From Geobacteraceae bacterium (lineage in GTDB: Bacteria; Desulfobacterota; Desulfuromonadia; Desulfuromonadales; BM103), in NCBI GenBank assembly GCA_024641085.1, contig JAHEDT010000006.1, positions 41,856 through 105,855 of the forward strand: DNA of 64,000 nt, written 5' to 3'. Numbering within the stretch: the first letter of the stretch is position 1; each line of letters starts with the position of its first letter. The notes below the pieces were generated by a model. The model saw only the letters and a program-made list of their open reading frames with translations. It was not told the origin of the DNA and ran no database searches. The position numbers were made by a program, and so were the translations under genes. This document shows positions 1 to 9,368 of this stretch, piece by piece.

Positions 1-2379
1 GTCAACGGCATTGGCGGGCATATCTCCACGTACGCGTCGGCGGCGACGCTCTGGGAGGTTGGCTTCAATCACTTCTGGCGGGGGCGCACGGACGATTTCC
101 TCGGTGATATGGTCTATTTCCAGGGACATGCTGCGCCGGGGGTCTACGCCCGGGCTTTCCTCGAAGGGCGTCTCAGCGAGCAGGATCTCGAGCGGTTCCG
201 CAACGAACTGGCTCCTGAAGGCGGGCTCTCTTCCTATCCTCACCCTTTCCTGATGAAGGATTTCTGGGAGTTCCCGACCGTCTCCATGGGGTTGACGGCC
301 CTGTCGGCGATTTACCAGGCGCGCTTCAACCACTACCTCGTCGATCGTGGTCTGCGCAAGGGGAGCGGCCGCAAGGTCTGGGCGATGCTCGGTGACGGCG
401 AGATGGACGAACCGGAATCCCTCGGCGCTATCACCCTGGCGGCGCGGGAGAACCTGCATAACCTGATTTTCGTCATCAACTGCAACCTGCAGCGCCTCGA
501 TGGCCCGGTACGCGGCAACGGCAAGATCATCCAGGAACTGGAAGCCGCCTTCCGCGGTGCCGGCTGGAACGTCATCAAGGTCATCTGGGGGGATGACTGG
601 GACCGTCTGCTTGAGAAGGACAATTCCGGCCTGCTGGTGAAACGCATGGACGAAGTCCTTGACGGTGAAATGCAGCATTTCACCTTGAGCAACGGCGCGC
701 GAATCCGCGAACATTTTTTCGGCAGGTACCCTGAGCTGCTCAAGTTGGTGGAGCATCACAGCGACGCACAACTCGGCAGCCTGACCCGCGGCGGCCACGA
801 CCCGGACAAGGTCTATGCCGCCTATAAGGCTGCGGTCGAGCACACGGGCTCGCCGACGGTGATCCTGGCCCATACCATTAAGGGCTACGGGCTCGGCGAG
901 GCAGGTGAGGGCAAGAACATTACCCACTCGCAGAAGAAGCTCAATGAGGACGAACTCAAAGAGTTCCGCACCCGCTTCAACATCCCGGTCAGCGACCACG
1001 AAATTGCTGAAGCCCCCTTCTACCGGCCCTCGGAGGACAGCCCCGAGATGCAGTACCTCATGGAAAGGCGCGCGGTCCTCGGTGGCTCGGTGCCGAAGCG
1101 TTTCGATGGCAGCCAGCCGATCGCCTGTCACACCGAGGAGCTGATCCGCGAATATTTCGCCGGTTCCGGGGACCGAGAGCTGGCGACGACCATGGCCTTT
1201 GTGCACCTGCTGGCCAAGCTGTTGCGCGACCCGGAACTGGGCAAGCTGATCGTGCCGATCGTTCCCGACGAAGCGCGCACCTTCGGCATGGAGGCGCTGT
1301 TCCGACAGGCCGGCATCTACAGCCATTCCGGGCAGCTGTATGAGCCGATCGACAAGGGCAGCCTGCTCTACTACAACGAGAAGAAGACCGGTGCGATCCT
1401 CGAAGAGGGCTTGAGTGAAGCCGGCTCGATGGCCAGCTTCATCGCCGCCGGGACGGCCTATTCCAGCAACGGTGTTCAGACCATTCCCTTCTACACCTTC
1501 TACTCGATGTTCGGCTTCCAACGGGTCGGTGACCTGATCTGGCAGGCCTGCGACTGCCGTGCCCGGGGCTTTCTGATCGGCGCCACCTCGGGGCGCACCA
1601 CCCTGGCGGGGGAAGGTTTACAGCACCAGGACGGTCACAGCCACGTACTGGCCATGACCCCGACCAAGGTCAAGGCTTACGACCCGGCCTTTGCCTACGA
1701 GCTGGCGGTCATCATCCATGACGGTCTGAACCGCATGTACTGCCACCAGGAGGACTGGATCTACTACCTGACGGTGATGAACGAAACCTACCTGATGCCG
1801 CCCATGCCGAAAGGGGCGGACGTCAAGGAGGGGATCATCAAGGGGATGTACCGCTTCCGCCCGGCCAGCCTTAAGAAGAGTAAGGCCAAGGCGCACCTGC
1901 TCGGTAGCGGCGCCATCCTCAACGAGGTGATCAGGGCCCAGGAGATCCTGGAGCGGGATTACGGCGTTGCCGCCGATGTCTGGAGCGTCACCAGCTATAA
2001 GGAGCTCTATCAGGACGCCATGGAGTGTGAGCGCTGGAACCTGTTGAACCCGAAGAAGCGCACCAGGGTCCCTTACGTGAGCAGCCTGCTGGCCAAGGAA
2101 AAGGGGGTTTTCGTGGCCGCCTCGGACTACATGAAGCTGTTGCCGGCCTCGGTGGCGCAATGGTTCCCGGGCCCGCTGCACTGTCTGGGGACCGACGGCT
2201 TCGGCCGCAGTGACAGCCGCGAGCATCTGCGCGACTTCTTCGAGGTCGATGCCCGGTATATTGTGGTCGCGGCGCTCAAGCAGCTGGAGAAAACGGCCAA
2301 TGTCACCAGCGACGTTGTCGCCAAGGCCATCGCCGATCTTCAGATCAATCCGGACAAGCTCAACCCGCATGTTGATTAG
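1..2379 (+). CDS. aceE: pyruvate dehydrogenase E1 component (AceE type), 5-prime end cut by window edge
   Basis: Frame 1 is open from nt 1 (VNGIGGHISTYASAATLWEVGFNHFW...) and continuous with track ORF 109..2379. GDMVYFQGHAAPGVYARAFLEGRL and the rest read as AceE-type E1. E2 and E3 genes follow. Confidence 0.93.
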   Translation, partial: VNGIGGHISTYASAATLWEVGFNHFWRGRTDDFLGDMVYFQGHAAPGVYARAFLEGRLSEQDLERFRNELAPEGGLSSYPHPFLMKDFWEFPTVSMGLTALSAIYQARFNHYLVDRGLRKGSGRKVWAMLGDGEMDEPESLGAITLAARENLHNLIFVINCNLQRLDGPVRGNGKIIQELEAAFRGAGWNVIKVIWGDDWDRLLEKDNSGLLVKRMDEVLDGEMQHFTLSNGARIREHFFGRYPELLKLVEHHSDAQLGSLTRGGHDPDKVYAAYKAAVEHTGSPTVILAHTIKGYGLGEAGEGKNITHSQKKLNEDELKEFRTRFNIPVSDHEIAEAPFYRPSEDSPEMQYLMERRAVLGGSVPKRFDGSQPIACHTEELIREYFAGSGDRELATTMAFVHLLAKLLRDPELGKLIVPIVPDEARTFGMEALFRQAGIYSHSGQLYEPIDKGSLLYYNEKKTGAILEEGLSEAGSMASFIAAGTAYSSNGVQTIPFYTFYSMFGFQRVGDLIWQACDCRARGFLIGATSGRTTLAGEGLQHQDGHSHVLAMTPTKVKAYDPAFAYELAVIIHDGLNRMYCHQEDWIYYLTVMNETYLMPPMPKGADVKEGIIKGMYRFRPASLKKSKAKAHLLGSGAILNEVIRAQEILERDYGVAADVWSVTSYKELYQDAMECERWNLLNPKKRTRVPYVSSLLAKEKGVFVAASDYMKLLPASVAQWFPGPLHCLGTDGFGRSDSREHLRDFFEVDARYIVVAALKQLEKTANVTSDVVAKAIADLQINPDKLNPHVD

Positions 2380-2574
2380 ACCAGGGGTCTGTCGATGGGC
2401 AGAAAACTCATGAAAAACCCGTGGAGGAACCGAGGTCGTCAGGTAAGGAACTGAAAACACTTGATAATATTCTTTTCGTCCCGACCTTTCCGCGTTAGTA
2501 TGCGATGGTCGCGAATGTATCAGGCTTTTGGGGTGTATACCCGTAAACCCGCAACCGGTTGATAAAGGAACGCC

Positions 2575-3912
2575 ATGACACACGAGATCAAAGTCCCTGA
2601 AGTGTCGGACGGAGTGGCCGAGGGCACCGTCGTCGACATCGCTGTCTCGGTAGGAGCGTATGTCGAAGAAGACCAGACCCTTCTGGAGTTGGAGACCGAC
2701 AAGGCGGTCATCGCTATACCGTCGCCTTTTGCCGGCAAGATCACCGAGATCAAGGTCAAACAGGGTGAGAGTGTGCCGATCGGCGCAGTCATCATGCTGA
2801 TCGAAGCGGTCGGAGCTGCCGCTGCCGGTCCCGAACCGGTGGCGGAACCCGAAGCGCCCCGCCAGGCCGTGGCCGAACCCCAGGCAAAATCGGTACCGGA
2901 ACCGCCTGTCGACGCAGCTTCCTCGGCACCCGCAGCCGAGGTCGATGAGCCTGCTGTTGATTTGAGCGCAGTGCGACGCGGCGACCGGGTGGCCCCTGCG
3001 GCGCCATCGGTGCGTCGCCTGGCCCGTGATCTCGGTGTCGATATCTACCAGGTTCAGGGGCGCGGCCCGGGCGGCCGCATCAGCCAGACCGACGTGCGCA
3101 GTTTCGTCCGAGATACCATGCAACGTATCACCGGCGGTGGTTCGGCTCCGTTGGTGCATGGTGAGTTTCCCGGCCTGCATGCCCAGCGTCCGTTGCCGGA
3201 TTTCAGTCGCTGGGGGGAGGTGAGCCGCGAGCCGCTCTCCCGGGTCCGCGAACTGACCGCCGATAACATGAGCTACGCCTGGTCGACCATCCCCATGGTC
3301 ACCCAGTACGATCATGCCCGGGTGACCGAGATCGAAGCCTTCCGCAAGGAATTCAATACCAGGGCGATCAACGAAAGCCGTCTGACCATGACCGCAATCC
3401 TGGTCAAGGTCTGCGCCGCGGCCCTCAGGGCGTTCCCGCGCTTCAACAGCAGCCTCGACCTGGCGGCGAAGGAACTGGTCCTCAAACAGTACGTGCACAT
3501 CGGCGTTGCCGTCGACACCCCCGGTGGCCTGCTTGTCCCGGTGATCCGCGATGCCGATGCCAAGGGGATCGAACGCCTGGCCGTGGAGCTCAACGAAATT
3601 GCCGGCAAGACTCGCGACCGCAAGATCAGCCCTGCTGACATGGAGGGTGGGACCTTTACCATCAGCAACCTGGGCGGAGTCGGGGGCACCTCTTTCACGC
3701 CGATTGTCTATGCTCCCCAGGTGGCTATCCTGGGCATGTCTACCGCAAAGATGCAGCCGGTATGGAATGGCCAGGAATTCGCCCCGCAACTGGTCATGCC
3801 GCTCTCTTTAACCTACGATCACCGGGTCATCGACGGCGCCGATGGCGCCCGCTTCCTACGCTGGATCTGCATGGCCCTTGAGAACCCCCTGCACCTGGTC
3901 ATGAAAGGATAA
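2575..3912 (+). CDS. aceF: dihydrolipoamide acetyltransferase (E2) with one lipoyl domain
   Basis: Lipoyl motif LELETDKAVIAIPSP, Ala/Pro-rich linker, E3-binding segment PSVRRLARDLGVD, and catalytic motif LSLTYDHRVIDGADGARFL. RBS AAAGGA lies upstream of the ATG. Confidence 0.93.
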   Translation: MTHEIKVPEVSDGVAEGTVVDIAVSVGAYVEEDQTLLELETDKAVIAIPSPFAGKITEIKVKQGESVPIGAVIMLIEAVGAAAAGPEPVAEPEAPRQAVAEPQAKSVPEPPVDAASSAPAAEVDEPAVDLSAVRRGDRVAPAAPSVRRLARDLGVDIYQVQGRGPGGRISQTDVRSFVRDTMQRITGGGSAPLVHGEFPGLHAQRPLPDFSRWGEVSREPLSRVRELTADNMSYAWSTIPMVTQYDHARVTEIEAFRKEFNTRAINESRLTMTAILVKVCAAALRAFPRFNSSLDLAAKELVLKQYVHIGVAVDTPGGLLVPVIRDADAKGIERLAVELNEIAGKTRDRKISPADMEGGTFTISNLGGVGGTSFTPIVYAPQVAILGMSTAKMQPVWNGQEFAPQLVMPLSLTYDHRVIDGADGARFLRWICMALENPLHLVMKG

Positions 3913-3916
3913 TGCC

Positions 3917-5323
3917 GTGAGCAGCCACGATACGATCCCTGCAACCGCCCAACTGGTCGTTATCGGTGCCGGTCCGGGAGGCTATGCCGCGGCCTTCAGG
4001 GCCGTTGAACTTGGCCGCGATGTCACCCTCATCGACCCCGAAGCCAACCCCGGCGGTGTCTGCCTGCACCGCGGCTGCATACCGTCGAAAGCCCTGCTGC
4101 ACGTTGCCAAGCTGGTTTCCGAAACTGAAGAATCAGCGGAGATCGGGGTGACCTTTGCCAAGCCGAAGATCGACCTGGAACGGGTGCGCAACTGGAAGGA
4201 CGAGGTCATCGGCAAACTGACCGGTGGCCTCGGCAGCAAGGTTGGCAAATTCAAGATCACCTATGTGCGGGGCACGGCGCGCTTCAAGGATGCCCACACC
4301 CTGACGGTCACGACCACGTCGGGTGCTGTCGGCGAGATGGCCTTCGAACAGGCGATCCTGGCGACCGGTTCGCGGCCAATCATGCTGCCGGGAGTCGCCG
4401 CGGACAGCAAGCGGATCATCGACTCTACCGGGGCCCTGGAGATCGCCGAAATCCCGTCCTCACTGCTGGTGGTCGGCGGCGGCTACATCGGCCTGGAACT
4501 CGGTTCGGTTTATGCCGCCCTGGGCAGCAAGGTATCGGTCGTCGAAATGACCGATGGCCTGCTGCCAGGTTGTGATCGCGACCTGGTCTCGGTGCTCAAG
4601 CGGCGTCTCGAAAAGAAATTCGCCGAGATTCAGCTCAATACCAAGGTTGCGGGGCTCAAGGAACAGAAAAACGGCGTCATGGTTACTCTGGAAGGCAAGC
4701 TGGGTGAGCCGCTGCAGAAGCGTTTCGAACTGGTCCTGGTCGCTATCGGCCGCCGCCCCAACAGCGAGCAGCTCGGCCTGGAGAACACCGCGATCAAGTT
4801 GGATGGCAAGGGCTTCGTCGAGGTTGACGGTCAGATGCGCACGAGTGAACCCCACATCTTCGCCATCGGCGATCTTGCCGGCGAGCCGATGTTGGCGCAC
4901 AAGGCCTACGGTGAAGCGCACGTGGCCGCCGAGGCCGCCGTCGGCCGCAAAGCGGTCTTCGAACCGCGGGCTATCCCGGCCGTGGTTTTTACCGACCCGG
5001 AAATCGCCTGGTGCGGCCTGACCGAAACCGAGGCGCGTGCGCAGAATATCAAGGTGAAGACTGCCAAGCTGCCGTGGCGCGGCAATGGTCGCACCCTGAC
5101 CCTCGGCCGCGACGACGGGATGACCAAGCTGATCATTGACCCGGAGACTGACCGCGTCCTCGGGGTCGCCGTAGCCGGCCCCGGGGCCGGAGAACTGATC
5201 GCCGAAGGGGTGGTCGCTCTGGAGATGGCGGCGGTAAGCGAAGACCTGCGCAAGTCGATTCATCCCCATCCGACCCTGTCTGAAACGCTCTACGAGGCGG
5301 CCGAAATGCTGTTCAAAGGTTGA
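3917..5323 (+). CDS. lpdA: dihydrolipoyl dehydrogenase (E3)
   Basis: GTG start 5 nt after the aceF stop. FAD fold VVIGAGPGGY, redox-active disulfide GGVCLHRGCIPSK, and C-terminal HPHPTLSE dimerisation motif. Confidence 0.93.
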   Translation: MSSHDTIPATAQLVVIGAGPGGYAAAFRAVELGRDVTLIDPEANPGGVCLHRGCIPSKALLHVAKLVSETEESAEIGVTFAKPKIDLERVRNWKDEVIGKLTGGLGSKVGKFKITYVRGTARFKDAHTLTVTTTSGAVGEMAFEQAILATGSRPIMLPGVAADSKRIIDSTGALEIAEIPSSLLVVGGGYIGLELGSVYAALGSKVSVVEMTDGLLPGCDRDLVSVLKRRLEKKFAEIQLNTKVAGLKEQKNGVMVTLEGKLGEPLQKRFELVLVAIGRRPNSEQLGLENTAIKLDGKGFVEVDGQMRTSEPHIFAIGDLAGEPMLAHKAYGEAHVAAEAAVGRKAVFEPRAIPAVVFTDPEIAWCGLTETEARAQNIKVKTAKLPWRGNGRTLTLGRDDGMTKLIIDPETDRVLGVAVAGPGAGELIAEGVVALEMAAVSEDLRKSIHPHPTLSETLYEAAEMLFKG

Positions 5324-5547
5324 TCGACTGGGACTTGAGGGCCGGGCCGGGGGGCTACAAAGATGCAAAACCGCGCTCTCCTGTGATCCGCGGGTTTCTA
5401 ATGAGTATGCGGTTTTGTGACTGGCGGCTTAGTCCTTCTGTGCAGCGGTCTGTTTTTTTGCTGCTCCTGTAAAGAGCGCCCGGGGTTGTGCTGGAATTTG
5501 ATTAAAGTCATTTCTCGATTGACCCCGCCGGTGTATCCTCCCTGGCC

Positions 5548-6543
5548 ATGAACAAGAAAATCAATTGGCAGAATGCCCACCACTGGAGGTTGACGATCCA
5601 GTGGCTGTTCTTCGGCTGGTGTCTCTTCCTCGGCATCCAGTTTGGTCTGTTCGTGCGCCATTTCGAGACCCTGGGCCAAACCGGATATTATCCCCGGCCA
5701 CCTGGGGTTGAGGGCTTTCTCCCGATCGGCTCGCTGGTCAGTCTGAAAACCTGGCTTTTCACCGGACATTTCGACCCGGTGCACCCGGCGGCCCTGGTGC
5801 TGTTCTTGACCTTCCTGGCCATGGCGTTGCTGACCAAAAAATCTTTCTGCTCCTTCATCTGCCCGGTTGGAACCCTATCGGAAGGAGCCTGGAAGCTGGG
5901 TGGTCGCCTGTTCGGGCGCAACTTCCGCATCTGGCGCAGCCTCGATCTTTTCATGCAGTTCACCAAGTACGCACTGCTCTTCTTTTTCGTCAAGCTGATC
6001 CTCTTCGGTATGCCGGTTTTTGCACTCAGGGAATTTATCGCGGCGCCCTACTGGGCAATTGCCGATGTCAAGATGCTGCACTTCTTCACCGAAATGTCGA
6101 CCAGCAGCATGGTGGTGATTGCCGTTCTGGCGGTGCTTTCGGTCATTTATAAGAACTTCTGGTGTCGCTACCTCTGTCCCTACGGAGCGCTGCTCGGTCT
6201 GCTCAGTATGCTCAGCCTCTTCAAGGTGTCACGCAAGGCAGAGTGCTGCACCAGCTGCGGAGCCTGCAGCCGCGCCTGCCCGGCACAGATCGACGTTCAG
6301 AATAAACATTGCGTGCATTCACCGGAATGCACCGGCTGCCTGACCTGTGTCGGCAGCTGCCCGGAACAAGGCGCGCTGGCGATGGCTTTTCTCAAGCAGC
6401 CCTTGCCGGGGATCGTATTCGTGGTGATCGTGGTGATCCTGTTTGGAGGCGGCGTGCTGGCCGGTATGCTCGGCGGCCACTGGCAGTCGAGCCTGACCTA
6501 CGAAGATTACCAGCACCTGATCCCCCTGGCGCGGCAGTTGTGA
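5548..6543 (+). CDS. membrane-bound 4Fe-4S polyferredoxin (NapH/MauN/YccM-like)
   Basis: Several hydrophobic helices. Cys motifs CSFICPVG, CRYLCPYG, CTSCGACSRACP and CTGCLTCVGSCP are typical of the NapH-like family. Confidence 0.85.
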   Translation: MNKKINWQNAHHWRLTIQWLFFGWCLFLGIQFGLFVRHFETLGQTGYYPRPPGVEGFLPIGSLVSLKTWLFTGHFDPVHPAALVLFLTFLAMALLTKKSFCSFICPVGTLSEGAWKLGGRLFGRNFRIWRSLDLFMQFTKYALLFFFVKLILFGMPVFALREFIAAPYWAIADVKMLHFFTEMSTSSMVVIAVLAVLSVIYKNFWCRYLCPYGALLGLLSMLSLFKVSRKAECCTSCGACSRACPAQIDVQNKHCVHSPECTGCLTCVGSCPEQGALAMAFLKQPLPGIVFVVIVVILFGGGVLAGMLGGHWQSSLTYEDYQHLIPLARQL

Positions 6544-6712
6544 GATTCCTCTGACCCAACATCATGCCGGCAACCACCCGGTTTTCCAAAAAATGGAACA
6601 GAGCGTATCGGCTCTGTTCGCTTGCACTGTTGATCTCTTTGCATGTGAGAATATTGCATGTCTCGGAGATGCAATCCTTTCGATGTTTCCCGTTGCGCCG
6701 TCTATAAATCAC

Positions 6713-6743
6713 AAAAGCCCTCATCTACGGATTGGGGGCTTTT
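6713..6743. terminator. bidirectional rho-independent terminator-like hairpin
   Basis: AAAAGCCCTC / loop / GGGGGCTTTT. The stem runs 6717-6722 with 6734-6739 (one G-U), flanked by an A-run and a T-run. Confidence 0.55.
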
Positions 6744-6907
6744 CTCTCTGGAACAAAAAACAGAGGATCAAACCACGCGAGGTGGCTAGTGAGACGATTT
6801 TGAGTAGGCATTTCTAAAATATTTTGCTATGGATAACTGGTTCAGGATTGATTCTCCATACACAAGCGATGCCAAAAAAGGGTTCGACATCTGTCGAGGA
6901 GACCGGT

Positions 6908-7147
6908 ATGCCTGATCGCAGAGCCCTACGAAGACCAGGGCAGCAGCCTATAGATGTGATCACGAGAGATGGGACTTATCAACATCTGGCTCCTGCAGTC
7001 CTCGATATCCTGCTCGAAAAGAATCATGTCCTGAAGTTTAGGCGATCGAGTGGTTGGGTCACTGTTGGTATGGACCCTATTCGAGTCAAGGACAGACGTG
7101 AAGCCTCTCGCCTCTTTGACGGTCCCGACAGACGATCTGCCTACTGA
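6908..7147 (+). CDS. small conserved hypothetical protein (79 aa)
   Basis: GAGGAG RBS at 6896-6901, 6 nt before ATG 6908, inside track ORF 6824..7147. The motif KFRRSSGWVTVGMDPIR recalls a family of small proteins recurrent in Geobacter-type genomes (GSU3473-like, from memory, unverified). Confidence 0.5.
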   Translation: MPDRRALRRPGQQPIDVITRDGTYQHLAPAVLDILLEKNHVLKFRRSSGWVTVGMDPIRVKDRREASRLFDGPDRRSAY

Positions 7148-7310
7148 ATACTTTAGCGCCAGACGCGTGAGACGCATAATGTCCAGACTGTTTGTCTGTG
7201 CCAAAAATCTTGTCGCATGTCGGTGTGACTCAAAGAATTATTGGACAACTGTTAACGGTTTCTTGTCATGAGCGGGCCGTTTTGGTTTGTCATCATCTAC
7301 AAACACTAGC

Positions 7311-7343
7311 GCCCTCGACCTGCCGACCGGGGGCTATTTTTTT
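7311..7343 (+). terminator. rho-independent terminator
   Basis: GCCCTCG (7311-7317) pairs with CGGGGGC (7328-7334), followed by TATTTTTTT. Confidence 0.55.
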
Positions 7344-7393
7344 GTGTCGGTATTTAAAGGAAAAAAATGGTCTGATAGTTTACTGAGAATCAT

Positions 7394-7488
7394 AGCCAAG
7401 GCGCCTCAAGAGGACCTGCAGGTTTGCGCATCAGGACTGCTCGTAAATCACCTGATGACCACCCGCCATATGGTGGCCTTGGCTTTTT
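7394..7488 (+). ncRNA. candidate structured RNA / long terminator hairpin
   Basis: A 9-bp outer stem AGCCAAGGC (7394-7402) / GCCTTGGCT (7476-7484) encloses a 7-bp inner stem CATCAGG (7429-7435) / CCTGATG (7451-7457) and is followed by TTTTT. No ORF explains it. Confidence 0.25.
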
Positions 7489-7619
7489 CAAGTCTGTTGT
7501 AAATCAGTCCCCCGGTACTCATCCTATTGGACTTTTGACCCTCCTGCGTGTATATTTTGTACAAATTTGATGTAATTGGTTTTCTTATTGGTAAACGATG
7601 TAAAACGTGTGAGGAGCAT

Positions 7620-8135
7620 ATGGCTAAGCTATTGGTTTTGGTTTTAACGATGCTTTTATTTTTTTCAAGTACTTGTCTCGCGTATGTTAGAGACTATTCA
7701 GGGTTAGCAAATGCCTGGGAATCAGATGCAAACAAAGCATATATATCTGGGAAAACAACCTTCGAAGATGGAAAGGAAATAATTAACTTATTTGTAATTA
7801 GTTTCGAAAAAGAACACGAATGTAGTCCTGTTTTCAGGATTTCATTTCTAGAAGGAAATGAATATGGGGATTTATTGAAGACTATACCAGTTAAAGAAGG
7901 TTTTATTAGATTATATGTTGACAATAAAATATTATATGATGGCCCTGTTGTAAAAATTATCTACACAAATGTTACGGAATTCGGGGCTTCTATAACAGAA
8001 GAAATTTTAAGTAAAATATCTTCTGGAAATATTTTGACAATTGAAATAGTCGACATGATGGATATTAGGTTCAATTTAAACAAATCTAAGCAAAATATAG
8101 ACAAAGCGCGTGAAATCTGCATAAAAGAAAATTAA
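7620..8135 (+). CDS. orphan secreted hypothetical protein in very AT-rich DNA
   Basis: GAGGAG RBS at 7611-7616 precedes ATG 7620. Signal peptide MAKLLVLVLTMLLFFSSTCLA. Hand-counted G+C is 20/60 (7621-7680) and 16/60 (7861-7920), against 39/60 at nt 1-60. No recognisable domain. Confidence 0.7.
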   Translation: MAKLLVLVLTMLLFFSSTCLAYVRDYSGLANAWESDANKAYISGKTTFEDGKEIINLFVISFEKEHECSPVFRISFLEGNEYGDLLKTIPVKEGFIRLYVDNKILYDGPVVKIIYTNVTEFGASITEEILSKISSGNILTIEIVDMMDIRFNLNKSKQNIDKAREICIKEN

Positions 8136-8223
8136 TTTCTTGATTCTTGAAAATTATGACGTCTGAGATGAAAACCGGCTTATTTTTGATGGAGATTTTT
8201 GGGAGAATCTTTAATCCACAATA

Positions 8224-8253
8224 AACGGCCACCTGAAACGGGTGGCCGTTTTT
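8224..8253. terminator. rho-independent terminator between convergent genes
   Basis: 10-bp stem AACGGCCACC / GGTGGCCGTT with a 7-nt loop, followed by TTT. It overlaps the TAA stop of the minus-strand permease gene. Confidence 0.7.
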
Positions 8254-8758
8254 ATTGGTCAGAGTGACACATTAACCTCTCGACTATTAATCCGGTTGGA
8301 ATGGCAAATAACAGGGTAAGGCAAGAGCGCCCGAGAGAAAATGGCCAGCCCAGAAACCCTACTTCTAGTGGAATCATTGGGAGTTTGACTGCATAGGCCG
8401 CGAGCACAATAGTTACCACTGCCCAACGGGCTCCTTGCTGACGAATGGTCATCAGCAACGGAAAGATAATATATGGCGGACCGATTAACAGCGTTCCACA
8501 TACAACAGCGATTATCAAAGCTTTCGGTCCACTGTCATCGCCAAGTAACCTGGCTACGGCATCACGACTTATCCATACTTGCACCAGCCCTACCAGGCCC
8601 ATCACCGCGGCGATCAAGATGATGACTGATATCAGAATGGACCCTCCCGTTTTTAAGGCCTGCGACGCTCTTTCTGGACTTGCCCAGCCCGCCCAGAGGT
8701 AGAGTATCAACGTCATGCTGACCAGCCACTGAGATGTGAACCATCTTAGCATTGTCAT
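8252..8758 (-). CDS. half-size permease subunit (ArsP_1/DUF318-type predicted permease, C-terminal-like half)
   Basis: 168 aa and all-hydrophobic helices. It overlaps the upstream half-gene by 4 nt. No Cys pair. Confidence 0.7.
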   Translation of the reverse strand: MTMLRWFTSQWLVSMTLILYLWAGWASPERASQALKTGGSILISVIILIAAVMGLVGLVQVWISRDAVARLLGDDSGPKALIIAVVCGTLLIGPPYIIFPLLMTIRQQGARWAVVTIVLAAYAVKLPMIPLEVGFLGWPFSLGRSCLTLLFAIPTGLIVERLMCHSDQ

Positions 8759-9237
8759 ATGACGCCCCCGATCAGCAGGCCAATCAGTAGAGCCGAAATG
8801 AACGTGATGGCATTGCGCAATAGTGCGAAGCGCCAGCCAAACACATGTGCTTCAACAGGTAATGTCACCACTCCAACCGAAACCCATGAAACAATAAATG
8901 CTGCCGCTGCAGGTGGCCAGGCTCCTGAATCAATCAACGACCCTGCTATAGGGAATGCCGCGACGGGCGGACCGATTGCGATGGCACCAATCAAACCGCC
9001 ATTCAACAGAGAGAGAAAGCGGTTTTGTGATCCGAGCCAGGTGGAGATCAACTCAGGCGGCGCAAACTCCTGTAACAGGCCGATAAGAGCAAAGATTGAG
9101 AGTAAAAGAGGCGCCATACGATAGAGGGTCTGGCCGGCAACCTGTAGACTCTTGCGGCCTTTCTCGGCGTCTCTTTTAAAGCCAATCGTGTAGAGGACAG
9201 TAATGACTGCGAGGTAGATGAAGCCAGTTTTAATCAT
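8755..9237 (-). CDS. half-size permease subunit (ArsP_1/DUF318-type predicted permease, N-terminal-like half)
   Basis: 160 aa multi-TM protein. LLQEFAPPELISTWLG and GAIAIGPPVAAFPIAGSL resemble the predicted-permease family. Translationally coupled to 8252..8758. Confidence 0.7.
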   Translation of the reverse strand: MIKTGFIYLAVITVLYTIGFKRDAEKGRKSLQVAGQTLYRMAPLLLSIFALIGLLQEFAPPELISTWLGSQNRFLSLLNGGLIGAIAIGPPVAAFPIAGSLIDSGAWPPAAAAFIVSWVSVGVVTLPVEAHVFGWRFALLRNAITFISALLIGLLIGGVI

Positions 9238-9368
9238 ATTTCAACTCAGAGAAGCCGGATAACTTGTCAGCCGTTACATAGGCAATTATTGACGATCGTT
9301 GGAATGTAAAGATAAAGTAGAATTATAACTTGCTCATTCTGCATTAAGATAAGCGTGTTCTCAACATA

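Noticed and set aside
1618-3789. 723-aa minus-strand ORF, the longest antisense ORF at this locus
   Set aside because: It lies antisense to the strongly supported aceE and aceF genes. Its composition is Arg/Gly/His/Asp-rich and low-complexity, as expected of shadow ORFs in GC-rich DNA. It has no RBS or recognisable motif.
6593-6817. 74-aa Cys-containing ORF (possible small peptide or RiPP precursor)
   Set aside because: It has no RBS. The ORF runs straight through a terminator hairpin (6713-6743) and over the palindromic TTGCAT array. More likely non-coding.
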